A stretch of DNA of 26,862 bases, taken from the NCBI GenBank assembly GCA_054600435.1, contig BAAIJX010000041.1, positions 186,001 through 212,862 on the forward strand. The letters run 5' to 3'. This document shows positions 1-12,374 of the stretch, piece after piece. A model generated the notes under the pieces. That model saw only the letters and a list, made by a program, of their open reading frames with translations, had not been told where the DNA came from and did not search any database. The DNA comes from Neophaeotheca triangularis. Its lineage: Eukaryota. Position 1 is the stretch's first letter. Every line of letters begins with the position of its first letter. The position numbers were made by a program, and so were the translations under genes.

Positions 1-1
1 G

Positions 2-898
2 AAGCAAGTAGCTAATAAGCCTAGTATGCCTATCGTCGATATGCCGGCCTATATAGCCTTCGACATTTAGTATTCTTTTAACAAGAATACTATCTCCGAG
101 ATAGCGTTATACTAGAAGACAGCTATAGCTAAAGTAGGCGAGTTCTTACCGTCGGTACACGAGTTCCGGACCCTTATAGCCTTTCCGATACTCCTTAACC
201 TATATAACGAGGACTCCGACCTTTCTAAAGAGCTCGGGTCCTTTACTATTAAAGCTATGAAAACGATATTTCGATAGCGAGAGGAGATGTATCTTTAGGC
301 CTATATAGATAAGCTGTATAATACTAAAACGATGCTGTTAATCCGTTCGATTATATAAGCATTCCGTAAGTTACCTAATACATTAGGAAAGAAACGTAAA
401 GTCGTCTTCGCGGCTCACAAACTATTTAACCTTGTAATCCTCTAGCTATATCTCGTCTACCTTAGTAGACTAGATAGTTATGATGCGCTTCAAGACGAGG
501 ATAATATCGCCATAGTCGCATCGTGGGCATAGAGTCCGACCGCTAACTAAGAGAGGATAAAGGCGTTTACGACTATAATAAATAAGTCCGAGGGTTACGA
601 AGACAAACCCTTTATCATAGTAGCATCTGTTACTTAGATCAAGTCTAGTATATCTCTTCTACCTACTAATGTCGTGGTGTAGCTCGATAGTAACTAGGAT
701 CTAGTAACGGATTACTAGCTTACTAGCTATATATAGCGTAACGTATCGGTATAGGCAGCGAAGCATACGGAGAGCTTTAGGCTAGTGCCGTTCACTAAGG
801 ATGTTAAGCTCGTATACTAGTAGTCTTTGTCCTATACGAGTCTCTAGACTATAAAAAGTCAGATTGACGAGGTAGAGGCTATAATAGGCATAGTTTAA
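2..898 (+). pseudogene. RIP relic of a SNF2-like helicase/ATPase, C-terminal lobe (copy A; 5' part outside the window)
   Basis: Frame +2 reads KPSMPIVDMPAYIAFDI*YSFNK...KRKVVFAAHKLFN...KAFTTIINKSEGYEDKPFIIVASVT*IKSSISLLPTNVVV*LDSN*DLVTDY*L...ESFRL. This is collinear with the C-terminal part of the helicase relic at 6789-7705. The 3' end is approximate. Confidence 0.75.
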
Positions 899-1039
899 CA
901 CGACGTTACTATAGGGACGGGATAGATGCGACTAGGGCATATAGCCTATACGTACATTTTAGGTATTTAGTAGTAGCATATATAAGGCGAACATTTTAGT
1001 TAGAGACACGTTGATTTGCTAGCCGTCTTATAAGTCGTG

Positions 1040-1172
1040 TTCGAGTCGACACCCGAGTTAACACCTAAGTTAATACCTAAGTCGAGACCCGAGTCGAGAC
1101 CTAAGTCATATTCATATTTCATCTTGAACCTATTACCTAACCGAGTCGACAACCGATTCGGAAATCGTTTCG
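1040..1172 (+). repeat. 12-bp tandem array (CCCGAGTCGACA-like)
   Basis: gagtcgacaccc gagttaacacct aagttaatacct aagtcgagaccc gagtcgagacct aagtc, followed by ccgagtcgacaaccgattcgg. Confidence 0.85.
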
Positions 1173-1599
1173 AATACCTAGTGATAATAGAGTAAAGTAA
1201 ATACGTAGTATCCTTATACTAAAGGGTTAGTACCTATAGTGCTAGTGTAGTATGTAGAACAATCGTTTGATAATTAGAAATATGACCATGTACTAATAGT
1301 AGTTTAAATGCACGAGGGCTACAAACCTATAACGTACGCTGTTTTGCCGTTTTCGCCCTTATTTCTATGATATAGTATGTCGTAATAAAGACTATAGTCA
1401 ATCTTTACCTATTAGACTACTCTTACTACATACTACTCGATCAATACGACCTTGCTGTTAATTGATCCGTTTTACCTAAATCTTAAACTCTAACCCTAGC
1501 CGCGACTCGCTACCAAATCGCGAACTAAGCCGATTAGATTAAGCGTCTTTTTCGAGTTAAGACGAAAGTAATAACACCTCTCCTATAAGTTACACAAAC

Positions 1600-2760
1600 T
1601 ATAAGTAATGTCTCGCTCCTAATATAGATAGATTAGTCTCGAGCCGAAGAAAATTAGACCCTTATCGTTAATACCCGGATAACGTCCTATCGACACCCCT
1701 ACACGCCCTTATACTCGCTAACCTTCGTTAGATAAGAGAAGGAGATAAGCAAGTACTAGACAGGAACAACGCCGTCTTTAACTAAATTCAAGAAGCGTAA
1801 AGATAGGGAGACTTCGCGGCTAGGGTAAGGCCTAGTAGTAGTCGAAGGGGTAGTAGTACTAGTAGTAGCGACTACTACCTTAAGGCGTTTAAGCTTAGTA
1901 GACTTAGCCTCTAACCCCTTTACGAGATTATCGCGTTCCTTAGCGGTAGCGCGGTAGGGGTCGGGCCTAGTAGTAGTTAAAGGGGTAATAGTGCTAGTAG
2001 TAGCGACTACTACCTTAAGGCGTTTAAGCTCGGTAGACTTAGCCTCTAACCCCTTTACGAGATTATCGCGTTCCTTAGCGGCAGCGCGGTAGGGGTAGGG
2101 CCCGGTAGTAGTCGAAGGGGTAGTAGTACTAGTAGTAGCGGCTACTACCTTAAGGCGTTTAAGCTCGATAGACTTAGCCTCTAACCCCTTTACGAGATCA
2201 TCGCGTTCCTTAACGGTAGCGTAGTAGGGGTAGGGCCTAGTAGTAGTCGAAGGGGTAGTAGTACTAGTAGTAGCGGCTACTACCTTAAGGCGTTTAAGCT
2301 CGGTAGACTTAGTCTCTAACCCCTTTACGAGATCATCGTATTCCTTAGCGGTAGTGCGGTAGGGGTAAGTACTAGTAGTAGCTACTACCGTCTTAAGGCG
2401 TTTAAGCTCGGCGGACTTAGCCTCTAGCCCCTTTACGAGATCATCGCGTTCCTTAGTGGCTACGTAGTAGGGGTAGGGCCTAGCGATAGACGAAGAGGTA
2501 GTAGTGTAAGTAGTAGCTACTACTGCCTTAAGGCGTTTAAGCTCGGCATACTTAGTCTCTAACCCCTTTACTCGCTACAAGTTAACACTCTTTAGTAAGC
2601 TAGTACCTACCTTTACTCCTTACCTTTATATTCGAGAGCTACGCCTATAGCTATACGAAATAACCTAGCGACATCTACGGCGATCTACGAACGCATGATG
2701 ACTAGGGCCTATATGTTACCCGTATCCGGTAGTAACGCTCGTAGCATACTAGCGGCTTAT
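1600..2760 (-). pseudogene. RIP relic of an unknown protein with tandem 45-aa coiled-coil/low-complexity repeats
   Basis: A minus frame reads ...RALLPDTGNI*ALVIMRS*IAVDVARLFRIAIGVALEYKGKE*R*VLAY*KSVNL*RVKGLETKYAELKRLK, then repeats of ..RAAAKERDDLVKGLEAKSAELKRLK.. Repeat lengths keep the frame. Ends are approximate. Confidence 0.5.
1820..2570. repeat. 135-bp tandem repeat, about 5.5 copies (one unit shortened to 108 bp)
   Basis: The anchor ttaaggcgtttaagct occurs at 1880, 2015, 2150, 2285, 2393 and 2528 (spacings 135, 135, 135, 108, 135). Confidence 0.95.
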
Positions 2761-2767
2761 ACTATAG

Positions 2768-3290
2768 GCCGTAGTTAACTCGTTTACTAGCTAGACACTC
2801 GTATTACCCGAAACTAGTGGTAGGGCTCGAAAGGTATAATGATATGTGAACTTGAAGACTAAAACTGTCTTACCTTTACTCTCTTTATTCGCTTATGCTA
2901 ACTATAAGCCTTACTAATATAATAGCTAGCTACGATAGACCGGACAGCTATTAGTAGGACTCGACTTATACTACCGACTCACTTTCGGTATATAGACTAA
3001 GTCGTAATTCTAACATCATAGCCTATACACATAAGCCGTAGTTAACTCGTTTACCGACTTAGCGCTCGTATTGTTAGAAACTAGTAATAGCGCTCGCAGT
3101 AGACAATGATATGTGAGTCCTATAACTACCCTACCTTTACTTACCTCATTCGTTTATGCTAACTATAAGCCTCGCTAACATGATAGCTAACCGTAGTCAA
3201 ATAGACAAGTGTTAGTAGGACCCGACTCGTACTACCGACTTATATTACGGCTCGTAGTTAACTCGTTCACCGACTCGGCACTTACTACTA
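2768..3290. repeat. Diverged direct repeat, about 2.2 copies
   Basis: The anchor gtagttaactcgtt occurs at 2771, 3038 and 3254. The first two units share aatgatatgtga, ttatgctaactataagcc and ttagtaggac.cgact...actaccgact. Confidence 0.85.
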
Positions 3291-4879
3291 TGCCTACCTA
3301 GTACCTCCGACTACTAGGGTCCGCATTTACTTAGTAACGCTAGCACGTGCCACTACGCGCTTTTAGGCGTCGAAACACCTAGAAGTACGTTAACTAAACA
3401 ACTCCCTACCTCTTACTACTAACACTATAGTACATGTACTAACCGCTCGCACGATAAGTAGTAAATATACTATACTTAAGGGTAGCTCTCGTAGTTCGCC
3501 CCTTCACTCGATTTCCACAATTTGCTAGTAAAGGCATAAGAAACGCGGCAAACCTATATATGAATCCCGCGTGTACAACGCACTATAGCTCCCCCTAGGT
3601 AGGACCCGAAGCTCTTTACATCGATAGTAGACGCGAATCACTAGACTAATAATGCTAGTGATAATAATACTATGAGCTTAAGATAGCTATTTGACATCAC
3701 ATCTACAGAGTTTAGGGTTCTTCTTAATAAAGCGTAGCGACTTCTTATAGAGGCTTATAGTAGAGTCGAGAACGTTCCGAGCCGCCTCCCTAAGATATCT
3801 ACTTAGGGATACTCTCTATATATCCGCGTAGAAGAGGAGTTATATCGCACTTTAGCCGCTTTACTCTATTTACGTTAGGAGAAGGAGGGCACCTCGGCTC
3901 TAGCCTGGTTTCGCTTAGACATGACGTAGACTAGACGCGTATCTAGAGTAGGAGACGACGACAATAGACACCTAAACCCGACCCTTAGCCAGATACTTAT
4001 ACATTAAGTAAAGGCGACTAAATTCAAGGCACTAAAGACCTAGTCGACAACACCTATACTAGTAGCTACACTATTAGCACTATGAACCACTCCTATAGCG
4101 ACGTATCCCTCTAATATACTGACCGCGCCCTATATACCGACAGTATCCCCCGGAGCGACTATACCCTCTTCTAAGCGCCTATTGTCTCCGGACATAACGA
4201 CTAAAAGCTTAGTGAGACCTATACGCGAGGCTAGTATTAAAGCTACTAATACTATGACTAGATTAGTAACCCCTCGCTTTATAAGGTCTTATAGTCCGAC
4301 TCCTCTTCCTAAACTAGACCTAGAGCACGTTATAGTGTATATAACTTAGGTACGCGACTATAACGATAGTATCTACATTCGAATAAAAGCCGTTACCTAT
4401 AAGCATTTCTTTAGTTTCGGTAGTTCTTCTAATGCTAATAGGAAGTTAGCTAAGTTCAAATAAGTCTACGGAGTTAAATAGAAGGACATAGACTTCTACT
4501 AGCTAAAACCTTTTGCCTTTAACGCGTAGGCGTTAGATAACATATAGGAGATTAACACTACGCTTATTACGTAATAGACGTAGATCGATATACGAAGCCT
4601 TCTACGATTTGTCGGCATTAACCTCTTCCTTACTAATAACCCTAGCCTCCTTAAGCGACTACCCCCGAAGTACAAGATACTATCTTAAATACCTCGTATA
4701 GAAGTCGTACTCTACGAGGACGATCTCTAGGACATAGCGATAAGTGACGCCTAGCTAGTACATAGGGAGCTAGGAGGGGTAGTAGGTAAAACGGACGAGG
4801 AGCTTATATAGCGGTTATAGGCCTACGAGAACGAGATAGAAGTTAATGACGAGGAGCCGCGTGAGGAGCTATATAAGGG

Positions 4880-5035
4880 GCTAGGTAATGATCTAGGCGA
4901 TGATCTAGGTAATGATCTAGGTAATGATCCGGGTAATGATCCGGGTAATGATCCGGGTAATGACCTACTAGTTAACTTAGTGTCGAGTATCGAGCCGAAT
5001 ACCGAATCGACTCTTGACTCGACTTTAGAGTCGAA
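4880..5035 (+). repeat. In-frame 12-bp arrays inside the helicase relic (GATCCGGGTAAT, encoding PGND; then CGAATCG/GACTCG type)
   Basis: About 7 copies of ctaggtaatgat/ccgggtaatgat, followed by gagccgaatacc gaatcgactctt gactcgacttta gagtcgaat. Confidence 0.85.
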
Positions 5036-5683
5036 TATATAACAAGATGCACCTACCGTCGACATTATTAAGACTTCGACCACTCTTCCTGCCCTATAGT
5101 CTAAGTTTCCGTTTATAAGTGTCGTTAACTAGGCGTCTACGAAACTAAAAGCGCTTAGGCTAAAGACGGAACTAACTATAGACATCACGAGCTTTAGCGA
5201 GGGCGAAGAGTTAGAGTAAAAGACGGGCGAGAACAGCGAAGGTCTTAGTAAGTGTACGAGGAAGGGCAAGACGTACTAATAGACGCTAGTCCCTTAAATG
5301 ACTACGGCTTCTAATAATGAAGGCCCCTTGCCTAGGCTACTAGGAGATAAAATGTAGGAAGGCGAGGATAAAGTCAATAATTAGTCTTTACGCGACGACG
5401 ACGAATTAGAGACTATTATAGGATCTACGGTTATCGACCCTAAGTTATAGAAGGCCGCCTACAAATTCTTCGAGTTTAATCCTATAGAAACGGATTCGAG
5501 GAGTACTATTTAGTACTATAGGTAGAATAAGGCCACTAGACTATATACATACTAGATGTATGCTGTCGCTTTTACCTTATGAAGGTTCGTCTATAGCGAG
5601 GATCTCTTGATCGTCTTATTAGGTATAGGTTTAGGGAAGACTCCTATAGGACTCGCTATACTTAACCTATTACGCCGGATCTA

Positions 5684-5755
5684 GGAGTCGGTACCCGAAT
5701 CGGTACCCGAGTCGGTACCTAAGTCAGTACACGAGTTAGTACCCGAGTTAACCCT
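5684..5755 (+). repeat. In-frame 12-bp array GAGTCGGTACCC (ESVP repeats) between helicase motifs I and Ia
   Basis: gagtcggtaccc gaatcggtaccc gagtcggtacct aagtcagtacac gagttagtaccc gagtta. Confidence 0.9.
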
Positions 5756-7854
5756 AAAGCTAAGCGCGACGTGGTTCCGGAAGTTCGTAGCGCTAGGCGG
5801 TAAAGAAGAAGCGCCATATAAGGAGGGTATAACGCTTATCGTGTGTCGAAAACAACTACTTCTAATGTAGGCGGCTAAAGCTAGCAAATTCTTCGACAAG
5901 AAGAAAAACCCCCTAACACTTATAGTAGCCCATAAGACTAGCCTTAGCGAAGATAGGAAGAAGAAGACTAGCTACGACAAATGCATCTACTATAAGGGCT
6001 CTATACATATCGCCGACTACAAAGTGTACTATTAGCTTGCGAAGAACTTTAACGTAAAAACCGTTAAGGGGTAGAAAAGTAATGGCGGCATGATACCTAT
6101 TAGTATACTTCTTAGTAAGAGCTCAAGTAATGACTATAGGAACATAGACTACTTCTAGCAAAAGGACTTCTTCGTTCTAACAACACCGCAAACCTTGTCC
6201 CATATTGTAACAAACTTTAACATGTCTAAAGCTACTGTTACGAAGGGCTTCCTAGAGATAGCATAGGCAAGTATACTAGTCGACGAGTTCTATAAGACTA
6301 TCGCGTTTACATTATAGCCCTAGCCTACTATATCCGGGCTCGATAGTGACCTAGTAATCATTGCTATAAGTGCAACACTATTCACGAAGACGAAGGCTTT
6401 AGCTCCGGTCACCTTAGCGCCTTATGCTCGCTATTTCTAGGTAGAGGCGGAGAAAGCTATGTTCATGTCCGGTAATAGTAAAAGAGCTAAGGCGAGGACC
6501 TCTTTCTACAACTTTAGCAGTCTATTCACATTGACTAACACGTATATAGGCTTCCTCTTAGACGTCTCGCAAGCCGAAAGGAATAGGGTAAAGGACGTTA
6601 GTTATCTAGACATGCACTAGATATGTAACCCTATCGACAGCTTCATGTTAAAGAAGCTTAGTGACGGGATAAAGCGAGACGAGGAGATGCCCGATCACGT
6701 TAAAGACTATATCCGAAAGCTTAGCGACTAGCTTAAGCCTTAGATAGTTTCGTTCGACTCTAATTTGTAATAGAAGCTAGTTCTATCGAAACCTAGTATA
6801 CTAGTCGTTAATATACCTGCCTACTCTACCTTTAACGTTAGCTACTCTTTTAATAAGGGGACTAAAGACCTTATAGCTACCTATTAGTAAAAGAGCGTGA
6901 ATAGTACTAGGGATAGTAGCGAGGGCAAGAGCTAAGCATGGTTAAGTAGCGTGAACCGGTTTAGAGTTCTTATCTTGTTTCCTACGCTACTTCACTATAC
7001 GCTAAGCGACGATAAGGAAGGCGACGACCTATAGAATGAGCTCTTCCCCTTTAACACTAAAGAAGCTAACAAGATTGTCTAGGACCCTTAGAATACTACC
7101 CTCTAGAAGTATATAGGCGAACTCGACAAGACGCTTACGATGTAGCTCGTTCGTAACATGATCATTCAAATCTAATCGTAAAAGAATAGGCTCGACTTTA
7201 AGCGAAAGGTAGTGTTTGTTTACTATAAGCTAATCAATACTGCGATACTATACACCTACATTTAATGGCTATACGATCAAGAAGATTTTAAGGAGCTTTA
7301 GCATTATGAGTAGGTTGTCTTAGTCTTAAAGCTTACTAGCTAAATGTTAAAGGTTAGGGAAGAGAATATAAGGGCGTTTAAGATAACGTTAAACAAACAG
7401 GAGGGTTATTAGGACACCCCTTTCATTATAGTGGCTAGTATTAGTAGTGTCAAATCAGGGATGTCCCTACCTCTAGCCGACATACTAGTCTAACTTGATA
7501 GCGACTAGAACCATCTACCGATATGTAGCTCATAGGACGAGTGCGGCATAATGCTATAGTATAGCCTATAAAGTATATAGAGAGTTTTAGGTTCTTGTAA
7601 TCTATAGACACGGTCGAGCTCGGTAGGTAGTAATCGTATGTACATACGAGTAAGACTAACATTAAATAGAGGATCGAAGTAAACGTAATAGACGTTATAG
7701 CATAAGGTCCTACTAGTAGGCTAAGATCGAGTAGCGCGAGATCTTAGAGTCATAGGGTTAACTTGTTTCTTAGTATAGAGAGTATATAAGCATAACATAG
7801 GTTCTAATCTAAATGCTGTATTATATGTTTATTACTAATAGAACGACGTGTATC

Positions 7855-8030
7855 TTAAGTCGATTCGTTAATCGATTCATCTATAAGTCCTAAGTCGACT
7901 CCTAAGTTAACTATTGACTCGATTACTAAGTCAAGTCCTAGGTTAACTATCGATTCGCTTTCGGATTACACTATTAAGCGGGTTAATGCCGAACCTAGCC
8001 GGAGTCGAAACCCGAATCGCTTTTACGACT
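7855..8030 (+). repeat. Degenerate 12-bp array between helicase B and the transposase
   Basis: taagtcgattcg ttaatcgattca ... cctaagtcgact cctaagttaact attgactcgatt actaagtcaagt ... ggagtcgaaacccgaatcg. Confidence 0.7.
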
Positions 8031-8099
8031 TAGTACGTAGCAATATGCGCTACTTAAACCCATGAAATGAATAGCGCACTTCTTTAGCAACTAACCTCC

Positions 8100-11000
8100 T
8101 AGCTAAGTACCCTACCTAGTACCGATTAAGATAGGGAACTCGAGAACCTAAGGCACGTGTAGTCTAACCGTGAAAAGACCGGAAGGGTTAACAAGGCATA
8201 TACGAAAGTGTAGACTATAGGAAGCATAACAAGCCTAGTTTATACGTATAGTAAGACGACGTCCGAGTATAGACATATCTACTTAGGGCCTCTACTATAA
8301 AGGAGATACTAGCGACGATACTTCACGCGATTATGGCTCGTCGACGAATGCTAAGGCTACTAAAAGTAGGCATTAACAGATTGTCGAGGACGAAGAGATA
8401 GAATTATATGACATAGGCGTAGACTAGCTACTAACTAAAGAACTAAGCCATACTAGTATAGAGATGAATACCGCTCCTTATACTATAGGCCTAGCGCATA
8501 TAGGCAGTGTTATGGCGGACGACATAGCGCCTATTAGCGATCTCATAGAAGGTGAAGTAACTAGGTTCGTAGACGACTTCGAAGACGAAGTGCTTCTATA
8601 TAGCGATAACGGCTTAGGTATCTTTAATGACATATATTTTGCCATGCCTCTAACGAATAAAGACAAGGACGAGACGTTATAAACGCCCTACCCTACGGTT
8701 AATGACTAGACGATAGAGACTACGAATAGCGATAGAGATAAGGCGATAACGGTCTAAGCGTAGAGTTCGAGATCTATGAGATTAGAAAGAGGGAGACTCC
8801 GCTTATCTATATACCTAGAGAGCTATATAAAAGCGACATTTGAGAAAGAGACGGGAAAGCGCGCTAGGGTATGTAAGTACGCGTGAGTGTAACCCCTAAA
8901 CTACAGCTCTTAATGCATACTAAACAGGAACCTTTAGAAACTAAACGAGACGCCGAGCCGAGTCGTAAACCGAGTCGTAAACCGAGTCGTAAGCCGAGTC
9001 GTAATCTAAATTAGTAGACGAGGCGAATTATAAGGGTTTCGACAGTAGACTAGACTTTGCATTCGCGCATTAGCTACTATAGGAAAATATATCGGGGTAA
9101 GCAGTTAGTCGACTTTTAAGAGATCCCGCGATAGAACCTTTTTACGACTTGTTAAGTTAGAAGACTATAGCCGAACTTAGAGTAAGAATTAGGAAGATAG
9201 GGACTAAAAGGGTAGCTTCGGTAGGAGAGTAGTATAAATAAGAGCTAACTATATCAAATTCGCGGAACCCTACTAGAGAAGAGCGCTACGTCCTACGTTA
9301 TCGTAGAGTGGATAACGTCGTCAGATTCTTACTTAGTCATCTAGGCTTTAGTAGCGAGTTAATATACGAGCCGTGCCGTCTATAGACAATAGATAAACCA
9401 TGCCATCGCATCTACGCCGACATGTCTATAGGGGACTAGTAGTAGAGTATGTAGGAAGCATTAGATGTTAATAGAGCGACTATCGTCCCTCTTATTATCG
9501 CTAGCGATAAAACCTAGGTAACAAACTATGCTAGTGATCTAGCCGCTTACATAGTGTACCTTATGATTAGAAATCTCCTAGTAGCTATACGCAATTCGAA
9601 CGAGCGACCTAGAAGTGTTCTCCTAGCTATACTACCGATTATTAAAGACAGTAATGCGGACGAGAGGAGTAGGATGTTTCACGAGAGCATACGATAGATA
9701 TTCGACCCTATAAAGCGCATTATAGAGGAAGGGGGGATAATAATACTATGTAGTAATAGCTAGATAAGACATTACTTCCCTACGATTATAGTAATAGCTA
9801 TAGATTACGAGGAGCAGGTTAAGATCACGGGTATAAAAGCTAACTAACAATGCTCTATTTGTACTATATACCCTAGCGAACGGGAAGATCTCGAAGCTAC
9901 TATGCTATAGAGGACACACGAGTATACATAAGAGTAGTACCGCTGCTAGTAGACGGGAAAAGGCAAAAGAACCGACCCCGATTAGGTGTACGATATCGAC
10001 AACTTCGCGTTTAGCTATCGACATGTCGACATACATAAGGCGATAATAGTCGACATCCTATACTAGCTGCTTAAGGGAGTAATAATACACATGAAAGAGT
10101 GGATTATAGTATTAATAGTAGACAGGATGTCTAAGAAACCCTCGCAGTCGAGTAGTATTAACTAGAAGACGACTTAGGACCTAATTCGTAGGTATAGGCG
10201 ATATATAGGACTAGTATTAAAGGAAGCGGTTACGGCTATTATCGACTATCGTTTCGCCTATATACTGACATACCGCGGGATAAAGACATTCGCCTATTTA
10301 TTATCTATGAAGCAATAGACGGGTAAAGAGTAGAAGAGCATTCTACGGTAAATCCTACCTATATTTACCCTACTATTACTAGAGGTCGGAGAGTACGAAG
10401 CGGTGTATTTCCTATAGGCCGTCGTAGATTTCATACTATTAGCTATGTATAAGAGCTATAACGACGAAACTCTACAGTATATAGACTTAGCGCTATATCG
10501 TATAAACAAGTACAAGGAAGTCCTATAGAGATATCGACAACTAGGGAACGAAGACGGCTATTTCAATTTCCTGAAGTGGCATGTTATAACACATTACCTT
10601 ACTATGATTAGGCTGTATGGCAACGCGCTAGATCTCGATAGTAGACACTTCGAGCACAAGCATATTAACTTCGTTAAAGACTTGTTTAACGTAACTAACA
10701 AGTAAAAGGGTTAGGAAGACTAGATCTTCATGTATACCTTCTAGAAGCTAATAGTATAGGCTTAGTTCGACATTAGTTTGTTTATGCGACTAGAGACACA
10801 TGCAGAGAAGTAAGAAGCAAGTAGTATACCTAATCAACCTACCGCTCTAGTAGCGGTCTATAGGTTCTTTAGCTAGCTAGAGCGTAAAGGCTATATGAAG
10901 GGGGGAAATATCTAGAGGACTATAGGAGAGGTAGTAGGGCTCGTTAGTTAACTAATAGGGGAGCACCTCTACTAAGCTATCGTAGTGTTTATTCGTGAGT

Positions 11001-11770
11001 AATGACGTGAAGGAACTAGTAGTGCCGACAATCTAACTTAGGATCTAGACGCGCTACCTAGACTTATAGACTAGGTAAATAGCCTATGTGTTAAGTTCTA
11101 CAGATCGCTATAGTGCTAGAAACCTACTAGGGAGGACCCTAACGACATAGACGAGGAGTAGTAAGACATTGTCTGTTATAGTCCGAATTAGTAGGGTATA
11201 AAGGGACGAAAACGATATGACTAGATATAGGTATAAGAATACACTATAGATCCCGGGCAAGATAGTTCTACTGCATTTAAAGGGAGACTCCTAGCTTAGG
11301 TATAGTTCGTATTATCTATAGAAGATAGATACACGAGACTAGGGGAAACGTGCTAGGTCGAAGATGAAAACGGTAACCTACTAGTGTTTATAGGAGCTTT
11401 TGTTAAGCTATACCACCCTAAACACCTAATGGGTCTAGCCGACGACCTCTACGGAATGACGGTAATTAAAGTAGCACTACTAGCACTAGCGAGAGATAAG
11501 CTATAAGGCTGACGAATTTATAGCCTTACTTTAGTCTATTATGCAATCTACGTAGTTCTAGTAGACGAGAACTACGCCTATAGGGGTAATTGTTATATTA
11601 ATAACATAGCTGACTTTATGAGTTATAACATGCTGTAGAACGTAGAGTGGGAAACAAAGCAAGTAAGGGACGTAGTAATAGCGATAAGAGAGCATGAAAA
11701 ATCGAAAGCGAGGACAATAGGCGAGCGCGATAGCAAGCGTAAAAAGCGGAAGGAAAATGTCGTAGTGTAA
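8100..11770 (+). pseudogene. RIP relic of a Plavaka-family transposase (CACTA/EnSpm-related DDE transposase)
   Basis: Frame +2 from ~8930 to TAA at 11770 reads RIYADMSIGD***SM*E..ATIVPLIIASDKT*VTNYASDLAAYIVYLMIRNL, MFHESIR*IFDP, DYEEQVKITGIK..QCSIC, DILY*LLKG, KQ*TGKE*KSILR*IL, FNFLKWHVITHY..MIRLYG and FEHKHINFVK..FN.TNK. These are motifs I recognise as typical of Plavaka transposases. The N-terminal exon in frame +1 has a Zn-finger-like TCSLTVKRPEGLTRHIRKC (~8155-8211) and an acidic region. A probable intron lies at ~8873-8927 (GTAAGT...CAG). Confidence 0.9.
8953..9005 (+). repeat. In-frame 12-bp array CCGAGTCGTAAA inside the transposase
   Basis: ccgagtcgtaaa ccgagtcgtaaa ccgagtcgtaag ccgagtcgtaat. 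Confidence 0.9.
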
Positions 11771-11814
11771 AGAACAAACCTAGTAATAGAGGACGCGAAG
11801 CACGTTACGAATCA

Positions 11815-11950
11815 CCTTAGGCTTATGTGCCGACTCATAGTCCGACTTATAGGCTGACTTATATTCTGACTCATATTCCGACTTATACTCCGAATCATAC
11901 TCCGAATCATGCTCCGGCTTATAGTCCGACTTAGTACACTACTTAGGTGC
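11815..11950 (+). repeat. 12-bp tandem array CCGACTCATATT-like, just downstream of the transposase
   Basis: ccgactcatagt ccgacttatagg ctgacttatatt ctgactcatatt ccgacttatact ccgaatcatact ccgaatcatgct ccggcttatagt ccgacttagtac. Confidence 0.9.
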
Positions 11951-12355
11951 CGGTTCATTTACTAAATAAACATGAACGTTGATCTTATATTGCTTACCTC
12001 GGGCGAAACTAATCTAAACCCTCTATAGAGTAGCTCTCTTAACTAGAGCGAAAGCTATAAAGTAATATCTTATGCTCTAGCTTATACTCCGACTCATGCT
12101 CTAACTTATACTCTAGCTTAGCATAACACTTAGGTATAGGTTAGTTTGTTGATGGACATGTACGTGATCCTATAGATAAGTTGCTCTTATATTGCTTACC
12201 TCGGGCGAAACTGATCTAAACCCTCTATAGAGCAGCTCTCTTAACTAGAGCGAAAGCCATAAAGTAACATCTCATGCTCTAACTTATACTCTAACTTATG
12301 CTCCGGGTTAGTACACCACTTAGGTATAGGTAGGTTTATTAATAGATATATACGT
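11930..12355. repeat. ~202-bp direct repeat (2 copies), each containing a 12-bp sub-array
   Basis: cttatattgcttacctcgggcgaaact..tctaaaccctctatagag occurs at 11984 and 12186. Confidence 0.9.
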
Positions 12356-12374
12356 GCTTCGTGGATCGCTATAT

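Larger units (their letters stand above)
3585..7790 (+). pseudogene. RIP relic of a large (~1400 codons, apparently intronless) SNF2-family ATPase/helicase (copy B)
   Basis: Frame +3 runs from a probable RIPed start (cact-ATA-gct at 3585). It carries the Q motif LYTY*MYAV, Walker A GLGKT (5628-5642), motif Ia TLIVCRKQLL, Walker B ILVDEFY (DEFH before RIP; 6282-6293), motif III SATL (SATP; 6369-6380) and motif V region PFIIVASISSVKSGMSL..D*N. After a 1-bp frameshift at ~7512 comes motif VI *LIGRVRH. Ends are approximate. Confidence 0.85.

Noticed and set aside
4823..8682. Short ORF-track calls in the RIP block (4823-5083, 5681-5899, 7450-7662, 8464-8682, 8478-8666)
   Set aside because: They are antisense shadows or stop-free fragments of the RIPed helicase and transposase frames, not independent genes.
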